Part shown: in pieces, positions 62,795 through 64,000 of the stretch
Numbering within the stretch: the stretch's first letter is position 1
Layout: each line of letters starts with the position of its first letter
Sequence record: NC_019401.1
DNA: 64,000 nt
Strand: one strand, 5' to 3'
Notes under the pieces: model-generated
Database searches by the model: none
What the model saw: only the letters and a program-made list of their open reading frames with translations
What the model was told of the DNA's origin: nothing
Made by a program: the position numbers and the translations under genes

Positions 62795-63448
62795 TTATTG
62801 TGATATTGGAGAAAGCGGTGCTGTCGGTACTGTGATAGTACTTGTGGCTGGATTATATAATGCCATGTTCGTAATACGTATCTGGTCAATGTACGATAAC
62901 GAACTAGATTCATATCCGCCTATGCGTAATGGCGTATTTAAATCACCCCATATATCTCCTGTAAGAGTTATACGTTTTGTTCCACCAATGTAAAAATAAA
63001 CATTACCACCAGTTTGCATTATACAAAAATGTGTCCACGTATTTAATGGTATCAATGAACTCGCAACTAGGCCACCTTTGGTTCTTCCCTGTAAATATAA
63101 GCTCCCACTGTAAATTTTTAAACCACTTGTAGTACCAGTACCTGAACTTACATACCAGTTGTTAGAACTGTTGTTAGTACAATATCCGTACCATTCAAAT
63201 GTGAAATCCGAACTAGTACCAATGTTTGTCTTTGCACGATCAGCAGCAGAAATAATCAAATATCCCGATCTGCAATCATAACTTTTATTAACTAATGCTG
63301 GTGTTGATGCTAGTGGTACAACGCCCGATGTAGTAATTGGCGTTTGACTTGCTAAATCAACAATTCCATTTTCAGCATGAAGTAATATTTTTGTGACGTA
63401 ATTTACAATCACAACACCAAATTTTATAATCCTTGCGAAAGGTAACAT
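62795..63448 (-). CDS. LamG/concanavalin-A-like virion protein
   Basis: DFTFEWY...NTWTHFCI...GNVYFYIGG...LRIGG...YIDQIRIT; N-terminus MLPFAR. Confidence 0.75.
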   Translation of the reverse strand: MLPFARIIKFGVVIVNYVTKILLHAENGIVDLASQTPITTSGVVPLASTPALVNKSYDCRSGYLIISAADRAKTNIGTSSDFTFEWYGYCTNNSSNNWYVSSGTGTTSGLKIYSGSLYLQGRTKGGLVASSLIPLNTWTHFCIMQTGGNVYFYIGGTKRITLTGDIWGDLNTPLRIGGYESSSLSYIDQIRITNMALYNPATSTITVPTAPLSPISQ

Positions 63449-63457
63449 AATACATCC

Positions 63458-64000
63458 TTATTTTATTTCAGTTATTTTTAATTTAGCAAGTGACCCCGTA
63501 AAATAAAAAGGTGCACCACCAACTTCAGCACTAACGTATGAACCACCAATAGAAAGATTTGTACCCATACCAAATCCATATGCAGGAAATGTTTGAGTAC
63601 TATTATAGTACTGACTCTTTACTGTAATACCTGAGTTTTTAATGTAAGTAATTGTCACCGTGTCCCATGCTAATGGGTTTACACCATTCATTAGTACTCT
63701 ATTATAATTACCATTGTCCATAAACCACTGAAAATATGTTGATGGGTATTGGTTAATTGAATTGTTAATACCATATATTCTACGAGAACTCCAGTTTCCT
63801 GTTTCCCAAATATCTTGTATCTGTGATGTTGTAGTGGCCTTAAACTGTAACACTACCTCAAAACTTTTATTCGTTAAATCTAATCTAGTTCCAGAATAAA
63901 TTGGTGGTGACTTATAATATCCAGCACCACTAAATTTGAAAACATTCTTACCTAATGTTGAATCGTATTGCACTATTCCCGCTGTACCAATTAAACTAAA
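63458..64000 (-). CDS. LamG-like virion protein, 5' truncated by the window
   Basis: Frame open to 64000; SFEVVLQFK...IWETG...LSIGGSY...FTGSL jellyroll pattern. Confidence 0.7.
   Translation of the reverse strand, partial: FSLIGTAGIVQYDSTLGKNVFKFSGAGYYKSPPIYSGTRLDLTNKSFEVVLQFKATTTSQIQDIWETGNWSSRRIYGINNSINQYPSTYFQWFMDNGNYNRVLMNGVNPLAWDTVTITYIKNSGITVKSQYYNSTQTFPAYGFGMGTNLSIGGSYVSAEVGGAPFYFTGSLAKLKITEIK

Overview
AT-rich (roughly one-third GC by eye) segment of a large lytic dsDNA phage genome. It resembles the GAP32/121Q/RaK2-like enterobacterial jumbo phages; this is an inference from gene content, sigma70-type early promoters and T4-type TATAAATA late promoters, not from a database search. 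About 115 mostly small + strand genes surround a dispersed cluster of 21 tRNA genes (1.5-30 kb). Recognisable proteins are: GNAT, two cyclic-phosphate-processing receiver domains, a YadA-like autotransporter, a kinase, SprT, Acb2, an ART, DUF1353, HicA, a SAM methyltransferase, a sigma70-like factor, DenV, AAA ATPases, several HNH/GIY-YIG nucleases, a DUF262-HNH-MTase module, a YgiB homologue and LamG-like virion proteins. Main discovery: a 16-copy RNA element (AAAC - GATTC/GAATC helix - ACAGCAA). It (i) interrupts three otherwise normal tRNA genes (Glu-UUC and two Lys-UUU) at exactly the same position, 28/29. It (ii) occurs in circularly permuted form around permuted tRNAs whose acceptor ends are joined by a loop. 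It (iii) occurs as minimal versions that display only an anticodon stem-loop. Other highlights: two large promoter-driven, ORF-less structured RNAs (about 1.05 kb at 38.2-39.3 kb and about 0.48 kb at 46.0-46.5 kb); a TGAAAC-N17-TATAAT promoter class found only upstream of RNA genes; terminator hairpins that carry a -35 box; a lambda-type GGGAAAG -1 frameshift that would fuse DUF262 to HNH; and strong enrichment of the palindrome AGTACT. All structures were read by eye; no folding or database search was run.
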